Source of the DNA: Obrimoposthia wandeli
Lineage: Eukaryota
DNA length: 64,000 nt
Assembly (NCBI GenBank): GCA_977020255.1
Contig: CDROCS010005499.1
Coordinates: 1-64,000, forward strand
Direction of reading: 5' to 3'
Under the pieces are notes generated by a model. That model did not search any database and was not told the DNA's origin. It was given only the letters and a program-made list of their open reading frames with translations. A program made the translations under genes and the position numbers. Shown here in pieces: positions 45,055-55,021 of the stretch. How positions within the stretch are numbered: the stretch's first letter is position 1; each line of letters opens with the position of its first letter.

Positions 45055-45360
45055 TTATTTATGTGCAATTTCCGCTTTTTTAAGATCTTTTACGTTCTTG
45101 CTTACTTCACGGCGTTCTTTAGACAGTTCTGCGCTAACGATGATGTGATCGTCAACACGGTCTTCATAATCACCCTTCATGTTTTCAACAATCTCTAGAA
45201 TCGCGTCTTGGCTCATATCTGGGCGAATGTAGTCCAATAGGTTTTCTAGCAATTCAACACGCTTACGGTTGTCACGAATTTTACGGTCGTTATCAAGAAT
45301 TTCACGCTTTAATTTGTTTTTACGGCGGGTTTGGCGTACTAGCTCAAGGATGTTGTTCAT
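45055..45360 (-). CDS. DUF496 family protein
   Basis: [31 protein letters not shown]. Confidence 0.9.
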   Translation of the reverse strand: MNNILELVRQTRRKNKLKREILDNDRKIRDNRKRVELLENLLDYIRPDMSQDAILEIVENMKGDYEDRVDDHIIVSAELSKERREVSKNVKDLKKAEIAHK

Positions 45361-45925
45361 GTTTGTCCCTTAATAAAAATATAAATCTATCTGAACTGAC
45401 TTAATGCAAGATCTTATTCGATGGTTATAACACACCAACAGACCACTTAATCACTCAGTTCATTATCACTGAAATTGTTATAACAGAAATTCGTATAAAA
45501 CCTCAAGCAATACCAACGGCATTATGCTTTTTACAGAGAAATATTCGAATTTTACTTAATTAGTGCCCACTAGAATCTACTGATTCTTAAATACCGTCCT
45601 TGATTTCGTTCAAGATAATCGAACTATTGTAACAAATGATTGTGACAAACATAGGCACCCCTAAAATTTAGACATTCATGCCTACCGATATGTGAATTAA
45701 CCCACAAAATCTTCATCTAATTATTTGCATTTGGCATATGAGTGCCTATTCTTCTAGTAGGTTAATATGTTTTTGACAGAAATATCGCAATCTGAACAAT
45801 GAAAACTTCGCGTAACATTTCTACCAGTAGATAAGTTGTCTTGAAGGTATTCAACGTTTCAATTTGCATTCTCCGTTGAATGGCTATTGCCTATAACAGT
45901 TGATGTAGAAAAATCAGGAGACAAC

Positions 45926-46135
45926 ATGTCTAAAGCAACAGGTACCGTTAAGTGGTTCAATGAAGAAAAAGGTTTCGGTTTCATCACGCAGGATAACGGC
46001 GGTGCTGACGTATTCGTTCATTTTCGTGCCATTACGGGTGACGGCTTTAAAACACTAGCCGAAGGCCAAAAGGTTTCTTATGAAACTGAACAAGGACCAA
46101 AAGGTTTACAAGCTGCAAATGTAGAAGCCATCTAA
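45926..46135 (+). CDS. Cold-shock protein, CspA family, copy 1
   Basis: [12 protein letters not shown] and VFVHF RNP motifs; ATG 45926 after CAGGAG. Confidence 0.97.
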   Translation: MSKATGTVKWFNEEKGFGFITQDNGGADVFVHFRAITGDGFKTLAEGQKVSYETEQGPKGLQAANVEAI

Positions 46136-46561
46136 TTGTAGATACACTCTATATAACAGTTTATAAAATAGGGCTTTTTAGCCCTTTTTTGATTATTTAT
46201 CTTAAATTATTAACAATTCACACCCAACGCATCATTTTTATCACATTTCTGGTCTAACCTCATAAATTTATACGATATTTATAATGACTAACTGTTATTT
46301 TTGTCACATTTCTGATGATAAGTTATTTAAACCATTTGTAACCCCTTGCCCCTATTCTTAGCCTATGGCTTAATGGAGTTCGGCTTGTAATGCAGAAATA
46401 TTTATGCCGCAAATTGAAATAGAAAACTTCGTTCCGCTACTTAGTAATAAGTGTTGTTGTCCTGAAGAGCTTCAAACTTCTTTTGTCCATAAGTAATACA
46501 TTATGTTGGCTTAAGTGCGCAATAATGCGTAATAACACAATACAATTTCAGGAGACATAAA

Positions 46562-46771
46562 ATGTCTAAAACAACAGGTATCGTAAAGTGGTTTAACGAC
46601 GAGAAAGGTTTCGGTTTTATCACTCAAGATAACGGCGGAGCTGACGTATTCGTTCACTTCCGTGCAATCGCTGGTGACGGATTCAAATCTCTTGCTGAAG
46701 GTCAGAAAGTATCTTTTGACGTTGAGCAAGGCCAGAAAGGTCCTCAAGCTGCAAACGTTGAAATCGCATAA
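46562..46771 (+). CDS. Cold-shock protein, CspA family, copy 2
   Basis: [17 protein letters not shown]; terminator at about 46796-46823. Confidence 0.97.
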   Translation: MSKTTGIVKWFNDEKGFGFITQDNGGADVFVHFRAIAGDGFKSLAEGQKVSFDVEQGQKGPQAANVEIA

Positions 46772-46867
46772 TTCGCTAATTCATTAGTGATCTTAAAAGG
46801 GTATCGTTAGATACCCTTTTTGTTTAATAGCAATCAGCATTTAGTGATATACCGCACGAAGAATCAC

Positions 46868-47794
46868 TTAACAAATATCATCATACTTTGCGGAATCGAG
46901 CAGCATTGAAATAACCTGTTCAAAGCTTATCCCTGCTTCTTTCGCAGCCATTGGAAATACGCTTCTCGTTGTCATTCCAGGAATAGTGTTCATTTCTATC
47001 AAGAAAACCTCGCCAGATTCATCCAACATAGTATCTACCCGCCCCCAACCACGGCATCCAAGGGCATTGTATGCTTTTAACGCTAATGCTTGCATATCGC
47101 GCTCTTGCTCGCTCGTTAAATCAGATGGGCAATGATAAGTCGCACTCTGACTGCCAAACTTCGCATCATAATCAAAAAACTGTTCAGACCGAATTTGAAC
47201 AATGGGTAATGTTTTGCCATTAAGCACTGCACACGTATATTCACGACCAGCTATGAATGATTCAATCAAAATATCATCATCATATTCAAAGGCAGTGATC
47301 ACCGCCTCTAAGAGGTCAGCATTATTGTCTACCTTTGACACACCAATGCTGCATCCTTGAGATATAGGTTTAACCACGACAGGGCAAACAACACTCGACA
47401 GCTGTGCTTTAATGTATTCCATTGATGCGTGCTTATGAAGGGTGAGCCAATCTGCGCTCTTCAAGCTGTTACTTTGCCAAATTTCTTTACTACTGAGTTT
47501 ATTTAAAGACATTGCAGAGGCTAAAGTGCTACTGCCGGTATAAGGTATTTTAAGCAAATCTAACAATGCCTGAATATGCCCGCTTTCCCCTATTCCGCCA
47601 TGTAACGCAATGAACACTTTATCTAGTTTGAAAAATCCCATTAGGGTTATATCAATGTGCTTAGGGTCAATTGAAATTGCTTCATGACCCAACGATTCAA
47701 TCGCTTTGACTACACACTCACCTGATTTTAAAGAGACAGCTCTTTCGCTAGACTCTCCGCCGAGTAATACTCCAATACGCATTTGACTAAACAA
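46868..47794 (-). CDS. ddl: D-Ala-D-Ala ligase-like ATP-grasp enzyme (DdlB-like, atypical active site)
   Basis: GGESSERAVSLKSG, ALHGG, RGWGRVD, EMNTIPG; S150 and Y216 equivalents are Cys and Phe. Confidence 0.9.
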   Translation of the reverse strand: MFSQMRIGVLLGGESSERAVSLKSGECVVKAIESLGHEAISIDPKHIDITLMGFFKLDKVFIALHGGIGESGHIQALLDLLKIPYTGSSTLASAMSLNKLSSKEIWQSNSLKSADWLTLHKHASMEYIKAQLSSVVCPVVVKPISQGCSIGVSKVDNNADLLEAVITAFEYDDDILIESFIAGREYTCAVLNGKTLPIVQIRSEQFFDYDAKFGSQSATYHCPSDLTSEQERDMQALALKAYNALGCRGWGRVDTMLDESGEVFLIEMNTIPGMTTRSVFPMAAKEAGISFEQVISMLLDSAKYDDIC

Positions 47795-47978
47795 CCTTGT
47801 AACACATTATATTCACTGCCGCTAATAATATACCAATCAATAGATATGCACATTGGTCAGTATGCGAAAAGTGAATGTATGCATGATTTATTAGACAATT
47901 CTTTGATTAAAAACATGTGATTGTTCAATTAACAAGCACTTAGTAGGTAAACTCGTGCATCGTTACAGCACTAAACAG

Positions 47979-47991
47979 GTGACGCCGTCAC
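47979..47991. promoter_or_regulatory. matS site
   Basis: GTGACGCCGTCAC, perfect match. Confidence 0.8.
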
Positions 47992-48072
47992 TTACATACA
48001 GGGCTCCATTCAACTACCATCTGTAATAAGTGCCGCTATTTATTAGCCTAAATATCGCTTAATAATTATTTT

Positions 48073-48456
48073 TTATACGGCTGTTTCGTCGCGAGATTCA
48101 AACACTTCCTTCGCTACTGTCATTCCATTTATTGCAGCTGGAAAACCCGCATACACAGACATTTGCAGGATAACTTCTGTAATTTCTTTTTGAGTACAAC
48201 CTATATTCAAAGCGCCATTAATATGCCCATTTAGCTGTGGCTGACAATTTCCAAGCGCTGTTAAAGCAGCAATGGTAACGAGTTCACGGGTACGGTAATC
48301 CAGCCCATCTCGCTGCAATATATCGCCAAAAGGATACTCAATTGTATACTTCGCAAGATCAGGGCAAACTTCACTAAAAGCCTCTATTAAATCATTAGCG
48401 CCGTTAGGCTCTAATTCATTCAGCTTTTCGGCACCTTTTAAGTATCTTTCATTCAT
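48073..48456 (-). CDS. Carboxymuconolactone decarboxylase family protein
   Basis: GLDYRTRELVTIAALTALG…HINGALNIG…MSVYAGFPAA. Confidence 0.88.
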   Translation of the reverse strand: MNERYLKGAEKLNELEPNGANDLIEAFSEVCPDLAKYTIEYPFGDILQRDGLDYRTRELVTIAALTALGNCQPQLNGHINGALNIGCTQKEITEVILQMSVYAGFPAAINGMTVAKEVFESRDETAV

Positions 48457-48781
48457 TTTTCATCAACTTAGACAGACATATTGTAGAGTAATTAAAATAT
48501 CATTTTTTATACCAATAACCTATAAAGATTCAAGAAGAAAATATCCAGAATAATGCATGTGGCTATATCTCAAGCCAAACCGTTTTACCACCAGCACCTT
48601 AGTACTATTTACTCAACTATAATTAATTATTTGACAAATAGACTGCCAATATAATGTTTAGCCGTTACTTTTTTGATAATCCGCATTTGAATCATTTCCG
48701 TCGAGAATGTATTCTCTCCCCCCAATCATCTAGGAAGTAAAAAAGCGCATTTATGATAACGATTATTCTGGCCGACTACTT

Positions 48782-50644
48782 ATGCTGACATTTTTCACCA
48801 AAAATCTTGGCTGGCGAATTCAGTTTACGTTATCTCTGTTTGTCTTTATCACAGCAATACCGATTGGCTTGATTTGGTATAACAGCTCTGAGCAAGTACT
48901 GATCAAAACCATAGAAAAACTCTACCATCATTCTAGCGAGGTGATTAAAGGTCAGTTAGACGATTTTTTCACCGAAGCCAATACCGTCTATAAACATCAG
49001 TCTCGGTTAGACATAAACTTGGTTGAAACCATTAATGATCGTGACAACTTATTGGCACACATAGCCAACATTCTGAATCACCACCATGATATTGATTATT
49101 ATTATTTTGCCAATAACCAAGGTGCTTTGCTTTCATTGGGGAAGATTCAAGATACACAATATATTCGCTTTGAGTCCGATCAACCCAATGCAGGGCCAAT
49201 TAGCAGTTATAACGTTGACTTCAATGGTAACGGCGAACATATTTTAGATCAAAAAGCCTTTTTTGACCCCCGCGAACGCGAATGGTATCAAAGGGCACTA
49301 GAACACGATCAACCGGTATGGAGTAATGTCTACTCTGGGGCCATCGAAAATATCTTAGGTATCAGTCTTTCTAAGGTGTTAAAAGACACAGACGGCAACG
49401 TACTTGGCGTATGGGGGTTAGATTTAACGCTCGACAGTGTCACCAAGCAATTACAAAAGAGTAAATTGAGCCCAAACAGTACAGTGCTATTAATGAACAC
49501 AAGTGGCGAGATTATTGCGAGCACGAATAACAAACATGCCCCAAAAGATAGACAACTGCTCAATGTAGCATCCGGCCAAACCCCGCTTTTACAAACCATT
49601 TGGCCAACAGTCTCGCCCGCAGAATATTACAAGAACAACTCAGCATATCAATTCCGCTATGACGGTGAACAATGGGTCTGTTTTACTTCCTATTATCCGC
49701 TCAGTGCTAGTCGGGACATTTTAGTCTTATTTCTAACGCCCGTTTCCGATTTCACATCTGAGTTCATCGAAGCCAAGCATTTCGCCATCATCATTACTGT
49801 GCTATTGGTTGGCATCGCAATATATTACGGCTCATACGGCACTAAATACATCCTCACACCAATTAAACGGCTCACACACAGTGCAGAAGCGATTAGCCAA
49901 GGAAAGTGGGAGCACCAAATCCACCTTGAACGCCAAGATGAACTCGGTCAACTTGCTCGTTCGTTCAATAAGATGATTAATCACTTAAAATCTTACATCG
50001 ACCAACTCAATGCACATCAAGAAGAAACCGTACGTTTAAATGCCTTACTTGAAAAACAAAACCAGAAGTTGGAAGAACGTGTTCAAGCACGTACTCTCTC
50101 CCTTACCGAAGCCAATCAGAAGCTTCAAAAATTAGCTTATTATGACCCTCTTACTGAGGTAGCAAACCGCCGTTATTTTTGGGATAAATTTGAACGGCAA
50201 TTACATCAGCCAACAGGCCCCACAGAGGCACCATCACATCGTGGCTGGTTGTTTATTATCGATATTGATAATTTTAAACAATTTAATGATCGGTACGGTC
50301 ATATTGTAGGTGACAATGCCCTCAAATATTTCTCACAGGTGTGCACGGCCTGCCTTCGTGATCAAGATATGATCGGGCGTATCGGTGGTGAAGAGTTTGC
50401 AATTTGGTCTGACGTTATTCATCAATCTGAAGCGCAGGCTATTGCCGATGCCATTTTATCTGCACTTTCATCACGACCACTCTTTATAACTGATAATCAT
50501 GAAGCCATTTTCATCAGCGCCAGTATCGGTGTTACCTCCTGCCAGTATGGGGATAAGAATTGTTATGCTCATGCAGATAAAGAGCTATATAAAGCTAAAG
50601 CCGCAGGGAAAAACCAAGTGTGTATAAACACACACAGATGCTAA
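48782..50644 (+). CDS. Sensor diguanylate cyclase (Cache-HAMP-GGDEF)
   Basis: Two TM helices, dCache (FDPREREWYQ), HAMP, DPLT, GGEEF A-site with RxxD I-site (RDQD). Confidence 0.9.
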   Translation: MLTFFTKNLGWRIQFTLSLFVFITAIPIGLIWYNSSEQVLIKTIEKLYHHSSEVIKGQLDDFFTEANTVYKHQSRLDINLVETINDRDNLLAHIANILNHHHDIDYYYFANNQGALLSLGKIQDTQYIRFESDQPNAGPISSYNVDFNGNGEHILDQKAFFDPREREWYQRALEHDQPVWSNVYSGAIENILGISLSKVLKDTDGNVLGVWGLDLTLDSVTKQLQKSKLSPNSTVLLMNTSGEIIASTNNKHAPKDRQLLNVASGQTPLLQTIWPTVSPAEYYKNNSAYQFRYDGEQWVCFTSYYPLSASRDILVLFLTPVSDFTSEFIEAKHFAIIITVLLVGIAIYYGSYGTKYILTPIKRLTHSAEAISQGKWEHQIHLERQDELGQLARSFNKMINHLKSYIDQLNAHQEETVRLNALLEKQNQKLEERVQARTLSLTEANQKLQKLAYYDPLTEVANRRYFWDKFERQLHQPTGPTEAPSHRGWLFIIDIDNFKQFNDRYGHIVGDNALKYFSQVCTACLRDQDMIGRIGGEEFAIWSDVIHQSEAQAIADAILSALSSRPLFITDNHEAIFISASIGVTSCQYGDKNCYAHADKELYKAKAAGKNQVCINTHRC

Positions 50645-50732
50645 TGAATTGTAAAATGCAGACATCTGTCACACGACCTTCCCCCGCTTTTTGTTAAAAA
50701 GACTTCACTCATTTAACTTAAGGAGGATAAAG

Positions 50733-51005
50733 ATGGCGTTTCGCCCTACAGTTTATGCAGGATGTTGGATATGGGTAAACCCTCACGACTGCTTAATTAC
50801 ACGAGTTCGTTCAGCCAGTAATCCCTTTGGTGATTGTGAAGTAGTTTTTGACCCATTAAATCCAACATGCAGAAATGTCTATTGGAACGAAGAGCGTTGG
50901 GCATTTACTGATAATGAATATTTTAGTACTGCGGCTGAATCAGTCCGTTTATCTCGTTTTGTAAGAGAACTAAAAAAGCAAATCATTGAAGAAGAACAAA
51001 AATAA
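50733..51005 (+). CDS. Small hypothetical protein
   Basis: ATG 50733 after AGGAGG RBS; followed by a terminator. Confidence 0.6.
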   Translation: MAFRPTVYAGCWIWVNPHDCLITRVRSASNPFGDCEVVFDPLNPTCRNVYWNEERWAFTDNEYFSTAAESVRLSRFVRELKKQIIEEEQK

Positions 51006-51010
51006 CCTTC

Positions 51011-51038
51011 AGATGCTTTCACGTTGAAAGCATCTTTT
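51011..51038. terminator. Terminator at the edge of the cassette region
   Basis: AGATGCTTTCA-cgt-TGAAAGCATCT-TTT. Confidence 0.8.
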
Positions 51039-51103
51039 ATTTTCAATATGATGCCTAATTACTCACTACGGAATGTAGGTAAGTCAGGGCTCTAGCTGTT
51101 TTT

Positions 51104-51583
51104 TCATAAAGCCTTTGTCATATACAGTAATGTCCAGTTTTGATCATTAAATATTCGTAAATCTGTCTCTTCATTTGTCACTTTAAAGCCAAGTGATTGG
51201 TAACAATTAATTGCTCTTTTGTTATGCCCAAAGACAGCTAAATTTACCTTTTTTGCATCTAGAACTGTTTTTGCATAATCAATCGCTAATTCAACAAGTA
51301 CTTTTCCATAACCTTTTCCTCGTTGAGCTTTATCACCAATCAAAACTCGGCATAATCGGTAAGTTGTTTGAGATTCTTGGAGTAACTCAATATAACCGAT
51401 ATTTTTATCCCCATGCCTCAAAATGAATGGCGCAACCTCTGGTCTTGTAACATGAGTTATAATTTGCTGTTCAGTTAATGGGTACTCGTATATAGACCCA
51501 CCCCAGAGATAGTTGAACTCTTCCGTTGGTATCCAATTTACCAACAACGCATAATCCATAATTATAAATTTTTCTAAATGCAT
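51104..51583 (-). CDS. GNAT acetyltransferase
   Basis: QRGKGYG acetyl-CoA motif, NKRAINCYQSLGF; probable start MHLEK. Confidence 0.85.
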   Translation of the reverse strand: MHLEKFIIMDYALLVNWIPTEEFNYLWGGSIYEYPLTEQQIITHVTRPEVAPFILRHGDKNIGYIELLQESQTTYRLCRVLIGDKAQRGKGYGKVLVELAIDYAKTVLDAKKVNLAVFGHNKRAINCYQSLGFKVTNEETDLRIFNDQNWTLLYMTKAL

Positions 51584-51654
51584 CCACCTCTCCTTGGCGT
51601 TATATGCTTCACAACATTTCCAAATCAGCAACTAGGATTCTTAGAGGATAAACC

Positions 51655-51854
51655 CGACAGCCGAAAGCGGATTACTCTTGTCCTTGTTGTCACCATTGAA
51701 TACGATGTCTGGTGTATTTCGAACGGGGTAAAATAGCGTTATATAAGGATAACGGTTCAGCTTTCCCTTCTGCGTAACATTTACCTATATAAGAGAACTC
51801 GGGCTTATTCAAGACGTCGGATAGGTGTCGGCTTCGCGATACATATCCTTATCT
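51655..51854 (+). mobile_element. IS91-like element right-end remnant 1
   Basis: CPCCH transposase C-terminus, then shared end …GGATAGGTGTCGGCTTCGCGATACATATCCTTATCT|GTTA. Confidence 0.7.
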
Positions 51855-51930
51855 GTTAAGGCGAGAACACACTAAACGCCATCGCAAAACTGCGAAGTAA
51901 AACGCGTCAACTCAATATTATCATAGGGCG
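51855..51930 (-). repeat. Degenerate attC remnant
   Basis: ACACTAAACG…AAAACTGCGAAGTAAAACGCGTCAACT shared with the sites at 58120, 60290 and 63040. Confidence 0.55.
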
Positions 51931-51959
51931 GCTCTACGAGAGTTCTATCATTTATTTCA

Positions 51960-52343
51960 CTAGTTCAAACGCCTGAAGACCATCACTTGAAAGTTTGTCC
52001 AGTAACCTACGTTTAAAAATGAAAGCCAATAAAAACATAGAGCGAGTGCTACTGAAGATAGAGGACCACAAAGCAGAATCAAGACTTGCCTGTTTTTACC
52101 CTCTCTAGAACTGATGCTACAAAAACCGTTGAACATCGAGAACGGAGCTACATAAATATAGAGTTTCCCTAGTTTGAGTTTTACTGAATGTTCAAGGTTA
52201 CCCATTTTAATTACTACGCGGTAACCTCTTATAAGCTGAGGTATCGCATGCCCTAACTCGTGCAGTAAAGTTACGAGAGGCATTGTAATCAGAAAGCCCA
52301 CAGCATAACTTGCCGCTTCATATATAATGATTTTGAACTCCAT
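51960..52343 (-). CDS. M50-family (site-2) metallopeptidase-like cassette gene, possibly truncated
   Basis: LLHELGHA HExxH within a TM segment; LLCGPL motif; short. Confidence 0.7.
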   Translation of the reverse strand: MEFKIIIYEAASYAVGFLITMPLVTLLHELGHAIPQLIRGYRVVIKMGNLEHSVKLKLGKLYIYVAPFSMFNGFCSISSREGKNRQVLILLCGPLSSVALALCFYWLSFLNVGYWTNFQVMVFRRLN

Positions 52344-52520
52344 TTCGCTTTAGCGTCTAAGGTAAACGCCCTGTGCGGATCCGCATGCAGGGTGTTCACG
52401 ATTATAACCCTGATGAAGTTCACAGCAATCAGGCATAGATAGGATTGATTAACAAAACAAGGTAATAATGGTTGAATGATGTACCACCATTTTTCTCGGT
52501 TGATGTAAGCAGGATGCTTT

Positions 52521-53492
52521 ATGAATCAAATGGACGCTTTCCGATGCGCTAGTATTGGAATTTTACTTGGCTTAGTTGGTTGTACTTCACCCCCTTCAAA
52601 CGGGGTCGATGCGATTGTTATAGAGACCACCTCAACAACCCAATCCTTACAAATTGATGGCTTAAAGCATTGTAATAATGCTAACGATAACACCATTAAC
52701 ATAAACCCAAATGAGCCATTAACGATTATAGTACATGGTTGTTTTTCATCGGCGGGTCGGTTTCGAACCCTTGCGGATGTATATGCTTTGTACGATCAAC
52801 AAGCCATCTGTTTTGAGTACGATGATAGAAAAAGCCTTGAAGTAACGTCAGGCGAATTAGTTTCCGCATTGAATCAACTGAGTAAACAGAATCCACAACA
52901 ATCGCTGCACGTTATTGCACACAGCCAAGGTGGCTTGATTGCTCGAAGAGCGTTAACGTCAGATAGACACGACCAAAAAACCGTGAATACAGAACAGTTG
53001 CAACTCACCACGGTATCTTCTCCTTTCAATGGTATTAATGCTTCTTCTCACTGTGGAATAACATCACTTCGCATTGTGTCGTTAGGCGTTGTTGATCTGA
53101 TTTGCTATGCCGTGACGGGTGAAAAATATCTACAAATTCCACCGAATGTTGAGTTTATACAACAGCCGGGCAACCTGCTGCCTTCCGTCTCACAGCATTT
53201 AGTCATTAAAACCGATGAGCGTGATAAGTGTCGCCGTGAAGATGGTAATGGAGGGTGTGCAGAAGATGATTATGTATTTAGTGTTAATGAACAATCAAAT
53301 CAAAGTGTTGATGGTGTAGTGCAAGCCAATGCTGTTACCGTAGCCGCAGGGCATGTGGAAATAGTAGGAAATGGGAACTCAGTACCAACGGATCTGATTG
53401 CTATTTTAAAAGAGAAAAATCTTCTGTTGGATAAGAAAGGCGTTAATGAACTAGAGCAAGCTAACCAAATTGAAGCGCTTTACTTTCATTAA
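52521..53492 (+). CDS. Lipoprotein alpha/beta-hydrolase (lipase/esterase-like)
   Basis: Lipobox LVGC, HSQGG nucleophile elbow, SSPFNG; opposite strand to most cassettes. Confidence 0.8.
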   Translation: MNQMDAFRCASIGILLGLVGCTSPPSNGVDAIVIETTSTTQSLQIDGLKHCNNANDNTININPNEPLTIIVHGCFSSAGRFRTLADVYALYDQQAICFEYDDRKSLEVTSGELVSALNQLSKQNPQQSLHVIAHSQGGLIARRALTSDRHDQKTVNTEQLQLTTVSSPFNGINASSHCGITSLRIVSLGVVDLICYAVTGEKYLQIPPNVEFIQQPGNLLPSVSQHLVIKTDERDKCRREDGNGGCAEDDYVFSVNEQSNQSVDGVVQANAVTVAAGHVEIVGNGNSVPTDLIAILKEKNLLLDKKGVNELEQANQIEALYFH

Positions 53493-53555
53493 TTTCCAAA
53501 AATAATGATAATGCTCGCATTCAGTGGAGCGATATTCGCTTGAGTACATGATGAA

Positions 53556-53785
53556 TCATGCCTCAACTGCCTCCTTTTTCTCTGGTATGAAAACAAACAG
53601 TACCGAAGTAGTAATAAGCAATACACCGCACATTACCCAGTTAATCGTTATGCCATATTGCTCAGATATATAACCTAAAAGTAATGACGCAACGACCGCA
53701 CCACTAGTAACAATACACGAACTGACAGACAACATAGTTGAGCGATAACTTTTTTTTGGATTAGCGTTTAGTGAAACCACTTCAG
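53556..53785 (-). pseudogene. 3' fragment of an MFS transporter gene
   Basis: YRSTMLSVSS…LLGYISEQYGITINWVMCGVLL C-terminal TMs; the 5' part of the track ORF is antisense IS sequence. Confidence 0.65.
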
Positions 53786-54002
53786 AGGCGTGTGCGTGAT
53801 TACGGTTGAAAAGCGGATTACTTGTGTACTTATTATAACTATTTAATGCGGTGTCTGGCGTATTTCGACCGAGATAAGATAGTGTCATATAAGGATAATG
53901 GTTCAGCTTTTACTTCTTCGTAAGATTTTTTTATATATAAAATAACTAGGGCTTGTTCAATACTTCGGATAGGTGCCGGCTTCGCGACACATATCCTTAT
54001 CT
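53785..54002 (+). mobile_element. IS91-like element right-end remnant 2
   Basis: RRVRDYG motif plus the shared hairpin end, CCTTATCT|GTTA at 54003. Confidence 0.75.
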
Positions 54003-54011
54003 GTTATGTAT

Positions 54012-54358
54012 CTACGACGAAACCTTTGCAGCAAGATTTGATACAAGCCTTCCCCACTTATCTCTTTGTACTTGTGTTGAGTTCATCACTGGGCCTATAT
54101 AAGTTGCCGATATCTGCTTAAAGCCACAAAACTCAAGAATTGTACCTTTAAACTGTTTATATACTGGATTACCTTGAAACCAACGATAATAAAATGGTGG
54201 AGTGTCCATCGTTAATATAATATCCGCAGTTCTACCTTGAAGTAACTTCTCAGGAATTGCCCCTTTTCCTTTATACTTAAATGCGAAGCCTGGTAAAAAA
54301 GTTCGATCAATTAACCCTTTTTACTTCGCTGGCATGCCACCCCACCAAACAGGAACAA
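54012..54358 (-). pseudogene. Flavodoxin-fold NAD(P)H oxidoreductase remnant
   Basis: Hand translation PVWW/GMPAK*KGLIDRTFLPGFAFKY…TMDTPPFYY: 5' truncation, a frameshift and an in-frame stop. Confidence 0.75.
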
Positions 54359-54361
54359 CAG

Positions 54362-54769
54362 TTATGTGATCTTTCGTTTAAGCGCAATTTCTTGTTCCTT
54401 GAACAGTGCATAATCACTGGGTTTTCTACTTTTTGCTGCTGTGAACCATTGAATACCTGTGTCATCTAAATGGTTAAATTCCAATCGAAACTCATACTTA
54501 CTACTTGTGACAAGGCCTAAAATTGCTCCGAAAATAAAACCCACAACTGGGAGGTATGAAGAAAATGCCAATCCGTATTCCTGATTTTCAGACGGGATAA
54601 ATATAAACAATAAGCTCGAAGCTACTACTCCAAGTAATACCATCTTAAGTAAATGGTCTTTCCAACAGAGTACATTCACTTGCACACCAACAACTTTACT
54701 TAGATCGTATGTATCCGAATTTACACGCAATTTATTATCTAATTGCTGAATTAATACTGAACTAGCCAT
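54362..54769 (-). CDS. Cassette-encoded membrane protein (DUF6232-like, tentative)
   Basis: Two TM helices; core GTTATGT (54803-54809) upstream; stop overlaps R'' ACATAAC. Confidence 0.65.
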   Translation of the reverse strand: MASSVLIQQLDNKLRVNSDTYDLSKVVGVQVNVLCWKDHLLKMVLLGVVASSLLFIFIPSENQEYGLAFSSYLPVVGFIFGAILGLVTSSKYEFRLEFNHLDDTGIQWFTAAKSRKPSDYALFKEQEIALKRKIT

Positions 54770-54810
54770 TAAAATCTCCTCATGTAGTAAATTTTCAACA
54801 TCACATAACG

Positions 54811-54997
54811 TCGATTCCTTTTATTAACAACAGCTTACTAACTTAAAACGGCAAGGTAAACGCCCTACAACCATTGAAGTCTATTCACGTGCGGTGTGTC
54901 GCATTACACATCACTTGATAAAGCACCCGATACCCTTTTAACCGACATTCTTACCCAGCAATAAGTAGGCCTATTGTATCAATACATATCCTTACCT
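54811..54997 (+). mobile_element. Tyrosine-recombinase N-terminal (SAM-like) remnant fused to an IS91-like right end
   Basis: QLTNLKRQGKRPTTIEVYSRAV reading; ends CATATCCTTACCT|GTTA at 54998. Confidence 0.7.
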
Positions 54998-55021
54998 GTT
55001 AGCTGTTGGAATTTTCAGGAG

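Noticed and set aside
46513-46540. dif-like AGTGCGCAATA
   Set aside because: Only a partial XerC arm; no TTATGTTAAAT XerD arm at the right spacing; lies in the csp leader.
51800-51858. Group IIC-attC intron remnant
   Set aside because: No RT/maturase or domain V/VI signature; upstream sequence encodes Y2-transposase motifs instead.
53496-53522. Fur-box-like AATAATGATAATGCTCGCATT
   Set aside because: Weak match, and located between convergent 3' ends rather than in a promoter.
54811-54945. Integron integrase intI
   Set aside because: Only a short decayed N-terminal SAM-like piece joined to an IS91-like end; no catalytic domain or IntI patch.
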